From NCBI GenBank assembly GCA_017405805.1, contig JAFQZU010000004.1:6379-70378 (forward strand): DNA of 64,000 nucleotides, in the 5' to 3' direction. Made by a program: the position numbers and the translations under genes. Within the stretch, counting starts at the first letter, position 1. Every line of letters begins with the position of its first letter. The notes beneath the pieces are model-generated. The model searched no databases. It had not been told where the DNA came from and worked only from the letters and a program-made list of their open reading frames with translations. Shown piece after piece: positions 42,250 through 53,619 of this stretch. Source of the DNA: Lachnospiraceae bacterium (lineage in GTDB: Bacteria > Bacillota > Clostridia > Lachnospirales > Lachnospiraceae).

Positions 42250-44244
42250 ATGGATCATTTCAAGCTTGTGTCTGAATACGCCCCGACCGGGGACCAGCCC
42301 CAGGCCATAGAGGACCTGGTGAAAGGTTTCCGGGAGGGCAATCAGTTCCAGACACTTCTGGGGGTCACTGGTTCCGGCAAGACCTTTACGATGGCCAACG
42401 TCATCCAGGCCCTGAACAAACCTACACTCATCATATCGCACAATAAGACGCTGGCCGGGCAGCTCTACGGGGAGATGAAGGAGTTCTTTCCCGAGAACGC
42501 GGTCGAGTACTTTGTGTCCTACTACGACTACTATCAGCCGGAGGCATATATCCCGTCGAGCGATACCTATATCGCCAAGGATTCCATGATCAACGACGAG
42601 ATCGACAAGCTCCGTCTGTCCGCCACCGCCTCTCTGGCAGAGCGCCGGGACGTGATCGTCGTGGCCAGCGTCTCCTGTATTTACGGACTGGGCAGCCCCG
42701 AGGAATTCAAGGGGATGTCCATTTCGCTCCGTCCGGGGATGGAAAAGGACCGGGACGAGGTGATCAGGGACCTGGTCGCCATCCAGTATACGAGAAATGA
42801 TATGGCGCTGGACCGCTGCAATTTTCGCGTGCACGGGGATACGGTGGAGATCTATCCCGCCCAGGGCGGCGATCACATCATCCGCGTGGAGTGGTTCGGC
42901 GACGAGGTCGACCGGATCTGCGAGGTGGAGCAGCTGTCGGGCAGGGTGCACGCGGAGCTGAGCCACGTGATGATCTATCCGGCCTCCCACTACGTGGTGC
43001 CCCAGGAGAAGATCAATCTCGCCTGCGAGAATATCGAGGAGGAGCTGAGAGAGCAGGTGCGCCTTTTCAAGGGCGAGGACAAGCTCCTGGAGGCCCAGAG
43101 GATCTCGGAGCGGACCAATTTCGACATCGAGATGATGCGCGAGACCGGCTTCTGCTCGGGGATCGAGAACTATTCCCGCCACCTGAATTTCATGGCGCCG
43201 GGCGAGCCCCCGCTGACGCTCATGGATTTCTTTACGGACGACTATCTGATCATCATCGACGAGTCCCACATGACGATCCCGCAGATCGGCGCCATGTACA
43301 ACGGCGACCGGTCGAGGAAACTGACGCTGGTCGAGTACGGGTTCAGACTGCCGTCGGCGCTGGACAACCGGCCCCTGAATTTTGGCGAATTTGAGGACCA
43401 CATTGACCAGATGCTCTTTGTCAGCGCGACGCCGGGCCCCTACGAGCAGGAGCACGAACTGCTGCGGACCGAGCAGATCATCCGTCCGACCGGGCTTCTG
43501 GATCCGAAGATCGACGTGCGGCCGGTGAAAGGGCAGATCGACGACCTGATCGGGGAGATCCGGACGGAGATCGAAAAGAACAACAAGGTCCTTGTGACGA
43601 CCCTCACCAAGAAGATGGCCGAGGACCTGACGGAGTACCTGGCCGGCGTGGGGATCCGGGTGAAATACCTGCACTCGGATATCGATACGCTGGAGCGGGC
43701 GCAGATCATAAGGGACATGCGGCTGGATGTTTTTGACGTGCTGGTGGGCATCAACCTGCTCAGGGAGGGCCTGGATATTCCGGAGATCTCCCTCGTGGTG
43801 ATCCTGGACGCGGACAAGGAGGGCTTCCTGCGGTCCGAGACTTCGCTCGTGCAGACCATCGGCAGGGCGGCCCGAAACGCGGACGGGCACGTGATCATGT
43901 ACGCCGACACCATCACCGATTCGATGCGGAGAGCCATTGAGGAGACGGAGCGGCGCAGATCGGTGCAGCAGGCGTATAATGAGGAGCACGGGATCACGCC
44001 CCAGTCCATCCGGAAGGCGGTGCGGGACCTGATCTCCATCTCCAAGGAGATCAGCAAGGAGGAGGTCCGCTTCGAGAAGGATCCGGAGTCCATGGACAGG
44101 AAGGAACTCAAAAAGCTCATCGAGGACGTGGAGAAGAAGATGCGGCGCGCGGCGGCGGATCTCAATTTCGAGGCGGCGGCAGAGCTCAGGGACAGGATGG
44201 TGGAACTGAAGAAGCATCTGCTGGAGATAGAAAAAGGAAATTAG
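42250..44244 (+). CDS. uvrB: Excinuclease ABC subunit B
   Basis: [37 protein letters not shown]. Confidence 0.97.
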   Translation: MDHFKLVSEYAPTGDQPQAIEDLVKGFREGNQFQTLLGVTGSGKTFTMANVIQALNKPTLIISHNKTLAGQLYGEMKEFFPENAVEYFVSYYDYYQPEAYIPSSDTYIAKDSMINDEIDKLRLSATASLAERRDVIVVASVSCIYGLGSPEEFKGMSISLRPGMEKDRDEVIRDLVAIQYTRNDMALDRCNFRVHGDTVEIYPAQGGDHIIRVEWFGDEVDRICEVEQLSGRVHAELSHVMIYPASHYVVPQEKINLACENIEEELREQVRLFKGEDKLLEAQRISERTNFDIEMMRETGFCSGIENYSRHLNFMAPGEPPLTLMDFFTDDYLIIIDESHMTIPQIGAMYNGDRSRKLTLVEYGFRLPSALDNRPLNFGEFEDHIDQMLFVSATPGPYEQEHELLRTEQIIRPTGLLDPKIDVRPVKGQIDDLIGEIRTEIEKNNKVLVTTLTKKMAEDLTEYLAGVGIRVKYLHSDIDTLERAQIIRDMRLDVFDVLVGINLLREGLDIPEISLVVILDADKEGFLRSETSLVQTIGRAARNADGHVIMYADTITDSMRRAIEETERRRSVQQAYNEEHGITPQSIRKAVRDLISISKEISKEEVRFEKDPESMDRKELKKLIEDVEKKMRRAAADLNFEAAAELRDRMVELKKHLLEIEKGN

Positions 44245-44251
44245 AAGGATT

Positions 44252-47221
44252 ATGGCAGTCAGGATCAGGAAACCGGATTATTGGCCGGCGCTTCGCGAGG
44301 GCGAGCTGCAGGCGGGAATACAGAGAGAGAAGGACGAGAAGCGGCGGAGCATCATCAATAAGGAAGATTGTATCCGGATCCGCGGGGCAAGGGAGCACAA
44401 TCTGCAGGGGATCGATCTGGAGATCCCCAGGAACGAGCTGGTCGTGCTGACGGGACTGTCCGGGTCGGGCAAATCCTCGCTCGCTTTTGACACGATCTAC
44501 GCGGAGGGACAGCGCCGCTACATGGAATCGCTCTCCTCCTACGCTCGTCAGTTCCTGGGGCAGATGGAGAAGCCCGATGTGGAGAACATCGAGGGTCTGT
44601 CCCCGGCCATTTCCATCGACCAGAAATCCACGAATCGCAACCCCCGTTCCACGGTGGGGACGGTGACGGAGATCTACGACTATTTCCGCCTCCTGTATGC
44701 CAGGATCGGCATCCCGCACTGCCCGCAGTGCGGGAGGGAGATCGCCAGGCAGTCGGTGGACCAGATGGTGGACCAGATCATGGCCCTGCCGGAGAAGACC
44801 CGGATCCAGATCCTGGCGCCGGTGGTCCGCGGCCGGAAGGGCGAGCACGCCAAGGTCATCGACCGCGCCAGAAAGGCGGGGTACGTGCGCCTTCGGATCG
44901 ACGGGAACCAGTACGACGTGTCCGAGGAGATCAAGCTCAACAAGAACAACAAGCACAACATCGAGGTGATCGTAGACCGCCTCGTGGTGAAGGAGGGGAT
45001 CGAGCGGAGACTTACGGATTCCGTGGAAAATGCCCTGAACCTGGCCGACGGCCTCCTGCAGGTGGATGTGGTCGGGGGTGAACTGCTGCAGTTCTCCCAG
45101 AGCTTCGCATGCCCGGACTGCGGGATCAGCATTCCGGAGATCGAGCCGCGCAGCTTTTCTTTCAACAATCCTTTCGGCGCCTGTCCGGAGTGCGCGGGAC
45201 TGGGATACCGGATGGAATTCGATCCCCGTCTGGTGGTGCCGGATGCCAGACTGTCCATCAGTCAGGGCGCGATCGCGGTGCTGGGATGGCAGTCCTGCAC
45301 CAGCAAGGGGAGCTTTACCAACGCCATGCTGCAGGCCCTGTGCAAAGATTATGGCTTCAGCCTGGATACGCCCTGGAAGGATCTGCCGGAAAAGATCCGG
45401 AACATGCTCATGTACGGGGCGGACCACAGCGTGGACGTATATTACGAGGGGCAGCGCGGAAGAGGCGTCTACCCCATTGTTTTTGAGGGACTGATCCGCA
45501 ACACGGAGCGGCGCTACCGGGAGACCGCGTCGGAGACCATGAAGGCTGAATACGAGACCTTCATGCAGATCACGCCCTGCAAGGAGTGCGGCGGCAAGCG
45601 CCTGCGCAAAGAATCGCTGGCCGTGACGGTGGGCGGGGCCAACATCTACGACCTGACCTGTCTGTCCACGCGTAAACTGCAGGACTTCCTCGACGGGCTG
45701 GAACTGACGCCCACGCAGAGGATGATCGGCGCGCAGGTCCTCAAGGAGATCCGGGCCAGAGTGGGCTTTCTGATCGATGTGGGGCTGGACTATCTCACGC
45801 TGGCCCGCGCGACAGCCACGCTCTCGGGCGGGGAAGCGCAGCGCATCCGCCTCGCCACCCAGATCGGTTCCGGACTGGTCGGCGTCTGCTATATCCTGGA
45901 CGAGCCCAGTATCGGGCTGCACCAGCGGGACAACGACAAGCTCCTGCGGACCCTGAAGAACCTGCGGGATCTGTGGAACACCGTGATCGTCGTGGAGCAC
46001 GACGAGGACACCATGCGCGCGGCGGACTATATCGTGGATATCGGGCCGGGCGCGGGCTCGAGGGGCGGGCGCGTCGTGGCCACGGGCACGGCGGAGGAGA
46101 TCATGGCCGTCCCGGAGTCGGTGACGGGCCAGTACCTGAGCGGCAGAAAAGCCATCCCGGTGCCCCTCTCGAGAAAAAAACCCGCCGGCTGGCTGACGGT
46201 CCGCGGCGCGCGGGTCAATAATCTCAAGAACATAGACGTGCGGATCCCGACCGGCGTGATGACGGTCGTCACGGGTGTCTCGGGATCGGGAAAAAGCTCG
46301 CTGGTAAACGAGATTTTATACAAGCAGCTGGCGAGGGACCTGAACCGGGCGCGGACCATCGCGGGCGACCACGACACGATCGAAGGCGTGGAGGCCCTGG
46401 ACAAGGTTATCGCCATCGACCAGTCCCCCATCGGCAGGACGCCGCGCTCCAATCCCGCCACCTACACGGGGGTCTTCGACCTGATCAGGGCTCTTTTTGC
46501 GGGGACCCAGGACGCAAAGGCGCGCGGATACAGCAAGGGCCGCTTCTCCTTTAACGTAAAGGGCGGCCGGTGCGAGGCCTGCAGCGGCGACGGCATCATC
46601 AAGATCGAGATGCACTTCCTGCCGGACGTCTACGTGCCCTGCGAGGTCTGCCACGGCAGACGCTACAACCGCGAGACGCTGGAGGTGCGCTACAAGGGAA
46701 AGAACATCTATGAAGTCCTGGACATGACGGTCGAGGAGGCAGTGCACTTCTTTGAGAATGTGCCTTCCGTCCGCCGCAAGATCCAGACGCTTTACGACGT
46801 GGGACTGGGATATGTAAAGCTCGGCCAGCCCTCCACGGAGCTGTCCGGAGGAGAGGCCCAGCGCATCAAGCTCGCGACGGAGCTGTCCAAAAAGAGCACG
46901 GGGCGGACGATCTATATCCTGGACGAGCCCACGACGGGCCTTCATTTTGACGATGTGGCCAAGCTCAGCGGGATCCTGCACAAGCTGGTGGAGGGCGGCA
47001 ACACCGTGGTCGTCATCGAGCACAATCTGGATATCATCAAAACGGCGGATTACATCATTGACATGGGCCCGGAGGGCGGCGACGGCGGCGGCACGGTGAT
47101 CGCGCAGGGGACGCCGGAGGAGATCGCGACGGAGCACGCCTCCTACACGGGCTATTACATCGACAAAATGCTGCGCCGGGACAGGGAGAGACAGCTGCGG
47201 GAGGCGGACCTGCCCGGGTGA
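44252..47221 (+). CDS. uvrA: Excinuclease ABC subunit A
   Basis: [35 protein letters not shown]; full length. Confidence 0.97.
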   Translation: MAVRIRKPDYWPALREGELQAGIQREKDEKRRSIINKEDCIRIRGAREHNLQGIDLEIPRNELVVLTGLSGSGKSSLAFDTIYAEGQRRYMESLSSYARQFLGQMEKPDVENIEGLSPAISIDQKSTNRNPRSTVGTVTEIYDYFRLLYARIGIPHCPQCGREIARQSVDQMVDQIMALPEKTRIQILAPVVRGRKGEHAKVIDRARKAGYVRLRIDGNQYDVSEEIKLNKNNKHNIEVIVDRLVVKEGIERRLTDSVENALNLADGLLQVDVVGGELLQFSQSFACPDCGISIPEIEPRSFSFNNPFGACPECAGLGYRMEFDPRLVVPDARLSISQGAIAVLGWQSCTSKGSFTNAMLQALCKDYGFSLDTPWKDLPEKIRNMLMYGADHSVDVYYEGQRGRGVYPIVFEGLIRNTERRYRETASETMKAEYETFMQITPCKECGGKRLRKESLAVTVGGANIYDLTCLSTRKLQDFLDGLELTPTQRMIGAQVLKEIRARVGFLIDVGLDYLTLARATATLSGGEAQRIRLATQIGSGLVGVCYILDEPSIGLHQRDNDKLLRTLKNLRDLWNTVIVVEHDEDTMRAADYIVDIGPGAGSRGGRVVATGTAEEIMAVPESVTGQYLSGRKAIPVPLSRKKPAGWLTVRGARVNNLKNIDVRIPTGVMTVVTGVSGSGKSSLVNEILYKQLARDLNRARTIAGDHDTIEGVEALDKVIAIDQSPIGRTPRSNPATYTGVFDLIRALFAGTQDAKARGYSKGRFSFNVKGGRCEACSGDGIIKIEMHFLPDVYVPCEVCHGRRYNRETLEVRYKGKNIYEVLDMTVEEAVHFFENVPSVRRKIQTLYDVGLGYVKLGQPSTELSGGEAQRIKLATELSKKSTGRTIYILDEPTTGLHFDDVAKLSGILHKLVEGGNTVVVIEHNLDIIKTADYIIDMGPEGGDGGGTVIAQGTPEEIATEHASYTGYYIDKMLRRDRERQLREADLPG

Positions 47222-47232
47222 GAAGAGGGTAA

Positions 47233-49527
47233 ATGGAAGAGATCAGGGGATATGTGGAACATATCATCTATCGGAACGAGGAGAATACGTACACGGTCTT
47301 CGTGCTGAACGACCTGGGCGACAGCATCACCTGCGTGGGCTATCCCGTGACGATCAGCGAAGGGGAGAGCTGCGTGATCGCGGGCGAATACACGGAGCAT
47401 CCTGTCTACGGACAGCAGCTGAAGGTGGAGCGGTATGAGCCGGCGCCCCCCGAGGACGCCCAGGCCATGCTGCGCTATCTGTCGGCGGGTTCCGTCAAGG
47501 GGATCGGGGAGGCGCTCGCGAAGAAGATCGTCAGAAAATTCGGAAATGAGACGCTCCGCATCATGGAGGAGGAGCCTGAGCGCCTCGCGGAGATCCGGGG
47601 CATCAGCGAGCGCAAGGCCCGGGAGATTGCCGCGCAGATGGAAGAAAAAAGGGATCTGCGGGCGGCGGTCCTTTTTTTGCAGCAGTACGGGATCGGCAAC
47701 CGCACGGCTATGCGCATATGGAAGGCCTACGGGATGCAGCTCTACGGCATCCTGAACGAAAATCCCTACAAGCTGGCGGAGGATATCGACGGGATCGGCT
47801 TCGCCACGGCGGACAGCATCGCGTCCCGGATGGGCGTGGAGGCGGATTCGGATTTCCGCATCCGCAGCGGCCTTCTGTACGTGCTGTCGGGGACTGCGGC
47901 GGAGGGAAACAGCTTTCTGCCACGGGAAATCCTTCTGCAGCGCACCGTGGATCTTCTGCAGGTGCCGCCGGACCCGGTGGAGCTGCAGCTGGACAATCTG
48001 GCGGTAGAGCGCAGAGTGCGGATCTGCAGAAAAGAGGAACAGGTCCAGGTCTACTCCCTGCAGGCCTTCCGGACGGAGCAGCGGACGGCGAGACTGCTTC
48101 TGGAGCTGGACGGGGAGGCGCCCGGAGGCGTGACAGAGGAGGGGACCCGGGAGCGGATCGCCCGCCTCGAACAGGAGGAGGGGATCTCGCTGGACCCGCT
48201 CCAGAGGGAGGCCGTCACGCAGGCGGCCGCCCACGGCGTGCTGATCCTGACGGGGGGACCCGGGACCGGCAAAACGACCACCATCAACACTTTGATCCGT
48301 TTTTTCGAGGAGGAAGGGCTCGAAGTGATGCTGGCGGCCCCGACGGGCCGGGCCGCGAAGCGGATGTCGGAGACTACGGGCAGAAAAGCCTCCACCATAC
48401 ACCGGCTGCTCGGCGTAAAGGCCGTGCGCGCCGCAGAGGGATCGGACCGGGGATACGGCGCGGAGAAGGAGAGCGGGATCTCCTATTCCTGGTTTGAGAA
48501 GGGAAAGGACGATCCGCTCGAGACGGACGTCCTGATCATCGACGAGATGTCCATGGTCGACATGAATCTGTTTTACTCCCTGCTGCAGGCCGTCACGCCC
48601 GGGACGAGGCTCATCCTCGTCGGGGACATGGACCAGCTCCCCAGCGTGGGACCGGGGAGAGTCCTGCAGGACCTCATCGATTCGGACGCTTTCTGCACCA
48701 TCATGCTGAGGAGGGTCTTCCGGCAGGCGGCCGAGAGCGACATCGTCATGAACGCGCACCGCATCCTGGAGGGGGAAGCGCTCAAGCTCGACAACAAGAG
48801 CCGCGATTTCTTCTTCCTTGCGCGCGCCGACGTCCCGGTGATCTGCAAGCACATGGTGGAGCTGATGCGGGACAGGCTGCCCGGGTACGCCGGCTGCACG
48901 GCGGAGGAGATCCAGGTCCTGACCCCCATGCGCAAAGGCCTTCTGGGCGTCAACAATCTCAACCGCGTCCTGCAGAGCGTGCTGAACCCGCCCGGGAGAG
49001 GCGCGCGGGAGTACCGGAAGGGGGATATTGTCTTCCGGGAGGGGGACAAGGTGATGCAGACCCGGAACAACTACCAGCTGGAGTGGGAGGTGCGCGGCAA
49101 TTTCGGCATGCCCATAGAGAAGGGGACCGGCGTTTTCAACGGCGACTGCGGCGTGATCCGGGAGATCGACGTGCCCGCGCAGACGATGACGGTGTGTTTT
49201 GACGAGGACAGGACGGTCGTCTACGGCTTCTCGGAGACGGATGACCTGGAGCCCGCCTACGCCGTGACGGTGCACAAGTCGCAGGGGTCGGAGTATCCCG
49301 CGGTGATCCTGCCCCTTCTGTCGGGGCCGCGGAGCCTGTTCAGCCGGAATCTCCTGTATACGGCCGTGACGCGGGCGCGCCGCTGCGTCGTGATTCTGGG
49401 CAGCAGGCAGACCGTGGAGGAGATGGTGCGCAATACCAGGCAGAACACGCGGTATACCGGCCTTGCGGACAGGATCCGCGAGATCGCAGGAACGGGGGTG
49501 GACGAGCGATTTCCCTTGGACATTTGA
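47233..49527 (+). CDS. recD2: ATP-dependent RecD2 DNA helicase
   Basis: KGIG HhH motifs, ENPY, GGPGTGKTT, DEMSMVD, QLPSVG, HKSQGSEY. Confidence 0.95.
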   Translation: MEEIRGYVEHIIYRNEENTYTVFVLNDLGDSITCVGYPVTISEGESCVIAGEYTEHPVYGQQLKVERYEPAPPEDAQAMLRYLSAGSVKGIGEALAKKIVRKFGNETLRIMEEEPERLAEIRGISERKAREIAAQMEEKRDLRAAVLFLQQYGIGNRTAMRIWKAYGMQLYGILNENPYKLAEDIDGIGFATADSIASRMGVEADSDFRIRSGLLYVLSGTAAEGNSFLPREILLQRTVDLLQVPPDPVELQLDNLAVERRVRICRKEEQVQVYSLQAFRTEQRTARLLLELDGEAPGGVTEEGTRERIARLEQEEGISLDPLQREAVTQAAAHGVLILTGGPGTGKTTTINTLIRFFEEEGLEVMLAAPTGRAAKRMSETTGRKASTIHRLLGVKAVRAAEGSDRGYGAEKESGISYSWFEKGKDDPLETDVLIIDEMSMVDMNLFYSLLQAVTPGTRLILVGDMDQLPSVGPGRVLQDLIDSDAFCTIMLRRVFRQAAESDIVMNAHRILEGEALKLDNKSRDFFFLARADVPVICKHMVELMRDRLPGYAGCTAEEIQVLTPMRKGLLGVNNLNRVLQSVLNPPGRGAREYRKGDIVFREGDKVMQTRNNYQLEWEVRGNFGMPIEKGTGVFNGDCGVIREIDVPAQTMTVCFDEDRTVVYGFSETDDLEPAYAVTVHKSQGSEYPAVILPLLSGPRSLFSRNLLYTAVTRARRCVVILGSRQTVEEMVRNTRQNTRYTGLADRIREIAGTGVDERFPLDI

Positions 49528-50252
49528 AAATGCGGGCGGCGGACCTTCTGTTCCCGCGGCGGTGCCCCGTCTGTGACCGGCCGGTGCTGCCGCGGGGCGG
49601 CCTGATCTGCAGGGCCTGCGCGGACAGCTTCGTACCGGTGGAGGAGCCCGTGTGTCTCCGCTGCGGAAAGCCGGTGCCGGAGGGCGCGGCCCTATGCCGG
49701 GACTGCCGGATCCGGCCGCACTGGTATGAGAGAGGGTGCTCGGTCTTTGTCTACCGGAGCATTTCCGCCTCCCTCTACAGATTTAAATATGAGGGGAGGC
49801 GGGAGTACGCCGACTACTACGCGGAGAGGATGGCCGGACGCCTTGAAAGCGTCCTCTCGCAGCAGGGAGCCGGTGCGTTCCCGGTCCCGGACGCCCTCGT
49901 CCCGGTCCCGGTCTCGGCCAGAAGACTCCGCACAAGGGGATATAACCAGGCGGCGCTCCTTGCGGAAAGGCTGTCCGAAAAGTGCGGGATCCCCGTCCTT
50001 GCGGACGTTCTGAGAAGGGACACGGACACCGCGGCCATGCGGCTTTTGGGGGCCGCGCAGCGCTATAATAATTTAAAAAGGACTTTCCATGCCTATGGAA
50101 ATGGTGTACACTTAAAGTCGATTATGCTCATTGACGACATATATACGACAGGAGCCACCGTGAATGCCTGCGCGGAGGAACTCCTGCGGGCCGGAGCGGA
50201 GAGGGTGACCTTCATGACGCTGGCCATCGGAGAGGACACGAATGCTGAGTAA
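49524..50252 (+). CDS. comF: ComF family protein
   Basis: N-terminal double zinc ribbon, RGYNQA, LIDDIYTTGAT. Confidence 0.92.
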   Translation: MKMRAADLLFPRRCPVCDRPVLPRGGLICRACADSFVPVEEPVCLRCGKPVPEGAALCRDCRIRPHWYERGCSVFVYRSISASLYRFKYEGRREYADYYAERMAGRLESVLSQQGAGAFPVPDALVPVPVSARRLRTRGYNQAALLAERLSEKCGIPVLADVLRRDTDTAAMRLLGAAQRYNNLKRTFHAYGNGVHLKSIMLIDDIYTTGATVNACAEELLRAGAERVTFMTLAIGEDTNAE

Positions 50253-50655
50253 GGACAGAGTCAGGACCATGACCCGTCTCGCTATCTACGAGGAGGGACA
50301 GGGCGCGGCCGATGACAGGATTAACGGTTATTTTGAGAACGACTATATCTTCAGTCACATGGTGGGATCGTTCGTGGGCGGCACCGTCGCCTTCGTTCTG
50401 ATCGTCATGCTCTACTGCGGCTATCACTACGATACGCTGCTTCTGCAGATCTACGAGAATTCTTTCGGAAACCAGATCGCCCTCGCGCTGACGCTCTATG
50501 CGGCATTCATGGTCTTTTTCCTCGCTGTTACGTTCTTTGTTTATCACTACCGCTACTCGGAGATGAAGGATCGTCTGCACCGATACAGGCGCAGGCTTGA
50601 CCATCTGTCCGAGAGTTACAAGAAGGAAGACGAATATGATGACGACGATCTTTGA
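50242..50655 (+). CDS. Hypothetical membrane protein (2 TM)
   Basis: MTRLAIYE...F.NDY; overlaps both neighbours. Confidence 0.7.
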   Translation: MLSKDRVRTMTRLAIYEEGQGAADDRINGYFENDYIFSHMVGSFVGGTVAFVLIVMLYCGYHYDTLLLQIYENSFGNQIALALTLYAAFMVFFLAVTFFVYHYRYSEMKDRLHRYRRRLDHLSESYKKEDEYDDDDL

Positions 50656-51637
50656 AATTCGGGCCAGGATCATTGAGCTCTACGGCAGGGTGGAATATCT
50701 GCTCATTCCCCTGTTCCGCTTTATGGTGGCGTTCCTGCTGCTCCTTCTGATCAACAGCCGGATCGGCTTCAGGGAGGAGCTGACCAACACGCTGCTGTGC
50801 GTGATCATCGCCCTGATCTGCGCCCTGGTGCCCTCCGGTTTTATCGCCGGTATCATTACGGTGGTGATCCTGGCGCACCTGTACACGCTGTCGCTTGAAT
50901 CCATGGTGATCGCCGGCGTGATCTTTCTGCTGATGTATCTGCTGTTCTTCAGATTCTCGCCCAAGGATTCCATAGTGGTCCTCCTCATGCCGCTCGCCAT
51001 GGTGTGCAGGCTCCACTACGCCGTTCCGGTCGTGGCGGGACTTCTGTTCACGCCCGGCGCCGCCGTCGGGTGCGCATTCAGCATCATCGCGGTCAATTAT
51101 CTATCCTATATAGGGCAGAATACCGCGCTCCTGCGCAACGCCGAGATCGGGGAGAAGACCATCGAGAACTTCCGGATCATCATCGACGCATTTATGCATA
51201 ACAGGGAAATGTGGATCACGGCAGTGGCCTTTGCGGCCGCTGTGATCGTGGTGTATTTCATCCGCCGTCTGGAGACAGCGCACTCCTGGACCATCGCGAT
51301 CTGCGCCGGCAACGTCACCGAGCTGATCATACTGCTCCTGGGGGACATGAACTACGACATCAACATGGATTTCGGCAAGGTCTTTATCGGCGTCGTTTTG
51401 TCCGTTATCGTGGAACTGATCGTGGAATTCTTCTGTTTCATGGTCGACTACACGCGGCAGGAGACCGTCCAGTTCGAGGACGACGACTACTATTATTATG
51501 TAAAAGCGATACCCAAGGTGGCGGTTTCCGCACCCGTCAGGACAGTCAAGACCATAAGCTTCTCCGGAGGCGGAGGCGCCCGCAGGACTTTTGCCGGCTT
51601 CGGCCCGGGAAAGGAAGATACAGGCGGGGAATCCTGA
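50636..51637 (+). CDS. Hypothetical polytopic membrane protein
   Basis: About 8-9 TM; C-terminal DYTRQETVQFEDDDYYYYVKAIPK; overlaps the upstream gene. Confidence 0.75.
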   Translation: MMTTIFEIRARIIELYGRVEYLLIPLFRFMVAFLLLLLINSRIGFREELTNTLLCVIIALICALVPSGFIAGIITVVILAHLYTLSLESMVIAGVIFLLMYLLFFRFSPKDSIVVLLMPLAMVCRLHYAVPVVAGLLFTPGAAVGCAFSIIAVNYLSYIGQNTALLRNAEIGEKTIENFRIIIDAFMHNREMWITAVAFAAAVIVVYFIRRLETAHSWTIAICAGNVTELIILLLGDMNYDINMDFGKVFIGVVLSVIVELIVEFFCFMVDYTRQETVQFEDDDYYYYVKAIPKVAVSAPVRTVKTISFSGGGGARRTFAGFGPGKEDTGGES

Positions 51638-51696
51638 ACGGATCGGAGGCTGCGCCGGCGGACGGAAAAGACTAACAGAGATAACATGGGGAAACG

Positions 51697-52581
51697 ATGC
51701 AGCAGATCTGGACGACAATCGTCAATTTTCTGGAACAAATTCATATCCCGCACCTGAGAGGGACTGATTTTATCGAGATCTTTATCCTCACGTTCGTCTT
51801 CTACCGGATCCTGCTGTGGATCCGGAACACGCGCGCATGGGTCCTTCTCAGAGGTCTGCTGGTGGTACTGCTCTTCGTGATCATTGCATCGGTGTTCAAC
51901 ATGACGACGATCCTGTGGATCGTCCGGAATGTCACCGGTCTTGCGGTCACGGCGATGATCATCATCCTGCAGCCGGAACTGCGGCACGCAATGGAAGAAC
52001 TGGGACAGACAAAGCTTCTCAGTTCTTTATTTGACGTGTCCCGCAGGACGCCGGAGGGGCGCTTTTCCGACGCCACCATCACGGAGATCGTGCGGGCGTG
52101 CATACAGATGGGGCGCAAGCGGACGGGCGCACTGATCGTGATCCAGCAGAACATGCCGCTCAAGGAGTATGAGAGGACGGGAATCGAGATTGACGCGCTG
52201 GTGAGCAGCCAGCTCCTGATCAATATTTTCGAGAAAAATACCCCGCTCCACGACGGCGCCGTCATCATTCGGGGCAACCGCGTGGTAGCGGCTACATGTT
52301 ACCTTCCCCTGTCCGAGAACCGTCTGGACAAGACGCTGGGTACGAGGCACAGGGCCGCCGTGGGCGTCTCGGAAGCGACGGATTCTCTCACGATCGTTGT
52401 CTCGGAGGAGAGCGGGGACGTGAGTCTCGCCTACCGGGGCGGCCTCACGCAGGGAGTGGATTCACAGCATCTCAGAAGGCGCCTGATGGATCTGCAGAAC
52501 AAGGAAGTCCAGGAGGATAAGGCAAAAAATGGCGGAATTCTCTCCTTTAAAGGGATGGGGAAAGAAAAAACAGGGCAATGA
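51697..52581 (+). CDS. cdaA: Diadenylate cyclase CdaA
   Basis: 3 TM, LQPELR, TPLHDGA, GTRHRAA, VSEE. Confidence 0.95.
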   Translation: MQQIWTTIVNFLEQIHIPHLRGTDFIEIFILTFVFYRILLWIRNTRAWVLLRGLLVVLLFVIIASVFNMTTILWIVRNVTGLAVTAMIIILQPELRHAMEELGQTKLLSSLFDVSRRTPEGRFSDATITEIVRACIQMGRKRTGALIVIQQNMPLKEYERTGIEIDALVSSQLLINIFEKNTPLHDGAVIIRGNRVVAATCYLPLSENRLDKTLGTRHRAAVGVSEATDSLTIVVSEESGDVSLAYRGGLTQGVDSQHLRRRLMDLQNKEVQEDKAKNGGILSFKGMGKEKTGQ

Positions 52582-53590
52582 TCAGGGAAAGCCGCAGCTG
52601 GTCCAGAGCGCCGGGATCCTGCTCACGTCTTTTCTGATGGCTGTCGCGCTGTGGTTCTTTGTCACCAGCGTGCAGGATCCGGAGGCCTCTCTTACGGTGG
52701 ACGACGTCACGGTAAAAGTCCTGCACAAGGAGGTGCTGGAGGAAGAGGGAAAGATCTGCACGATTTTAGATAATTCCGACGTCATTCCGCTCGTGACCGT
52801 GACGGCCAGCAGGTCGGTGGTGGACTCCCTGGAGACGGACAACATCATCGCCACGGCGGACCTCGACAAAATGACGGAGGACGGGCTGGTCCCCATAGAC
52901 CTGACCACGAACAAGTACAGCGACAATATCACCAGCATCACCGGGACGAGCAAGTATGTCCGGGTGAGCGTCGAGGAGAGGGCGGTCAAGTCGCTTGTCC
53001 TGGAGACGGCCTCGAGAGGCGCGGTCGCGGAGGGCTACATTCTGTCGTCCATCACTACGGACCAGAACCTCGTCCGGGTGACGGGCCCCGAATCCATGGT
53101 GGAACAGGTCGCTTCCGCCGGCGTCGTCATCGATGTGACGGGCGCGGGGGCGTCGATCAGCACCAACGCGGACATTCACCTCTACGACGCGGAGGGGAAC
53201 GACATCGAGGTCGGCAAAAATCTCACCCTCAACATAGACAAAGTGATCTGCAGCGTGGACATCCTGCCCACCAAGGAAGTGAAGATCAACGCCAGGATCA
53301 CAGGGACGCCCGCCACCGGCTACCGGCTGACGGGAGAATATACGATCTCACCCGGAACGGCTGTGATCGCCGGACGGCGCGCAGTCCTGGAAAACGTGAC
53401 GGAGATCGTCATTCCGTCCTCGGCGCTGGATGTGACCGGCATGAACCGGAGCTTCAGCAAAACGCTTGAATTGAAACAATATCTTCCGGAGGGGATTCTC
53501 CTTGCGGATGAGAACGAGACGGTCAAAGTCACCGTGGAGATTATGCAGATCGTGCAGGAGCAGATCGAGGCGCCGGCTGACGGAGGCTGA
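52529..53590 (+). CDS. cdaR: CdaR/YbbR regulator of CdaA
   Basis: N-terminal TM (ALWFFV...DP), YbbR-like V.VTGPES..; directly follows cdaA; start uncertain. Confidence 0.85.
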   Translation: MAEFSPLKGWGKKKQGNDQGKPQLVQSAGILLTSFLMAVALWFFVTSVQDPEASLTVDDVTVKVLHKEVLEEEGKICTILDNSDVIPLVTVTASRSVVDSLETDNIIATADLDKMTEDGLVPIDLTTNKYSDNITSITGTSKYVRVSVEERAVKSLVLETASRGAVAEGYILSSITTDQNLVRVTGPESMVEQVASAGVVIDVTGAGASISTNADIHLYDAEGNDIEVGKNLTLNIDKVICSVDILPTKEVKINARITGTPATGYRLTGEYTISPGTAVIAGRRAVLENVTEIVIPSSALDVTGMNRSFSKTLELKQYLPEGILLADENETVKVTVEIMQIVQEQIEAPADGG

Positions 53591-53619
53591 GCAATCACAG
53601 GGGGAAACAGCAGGATTAT

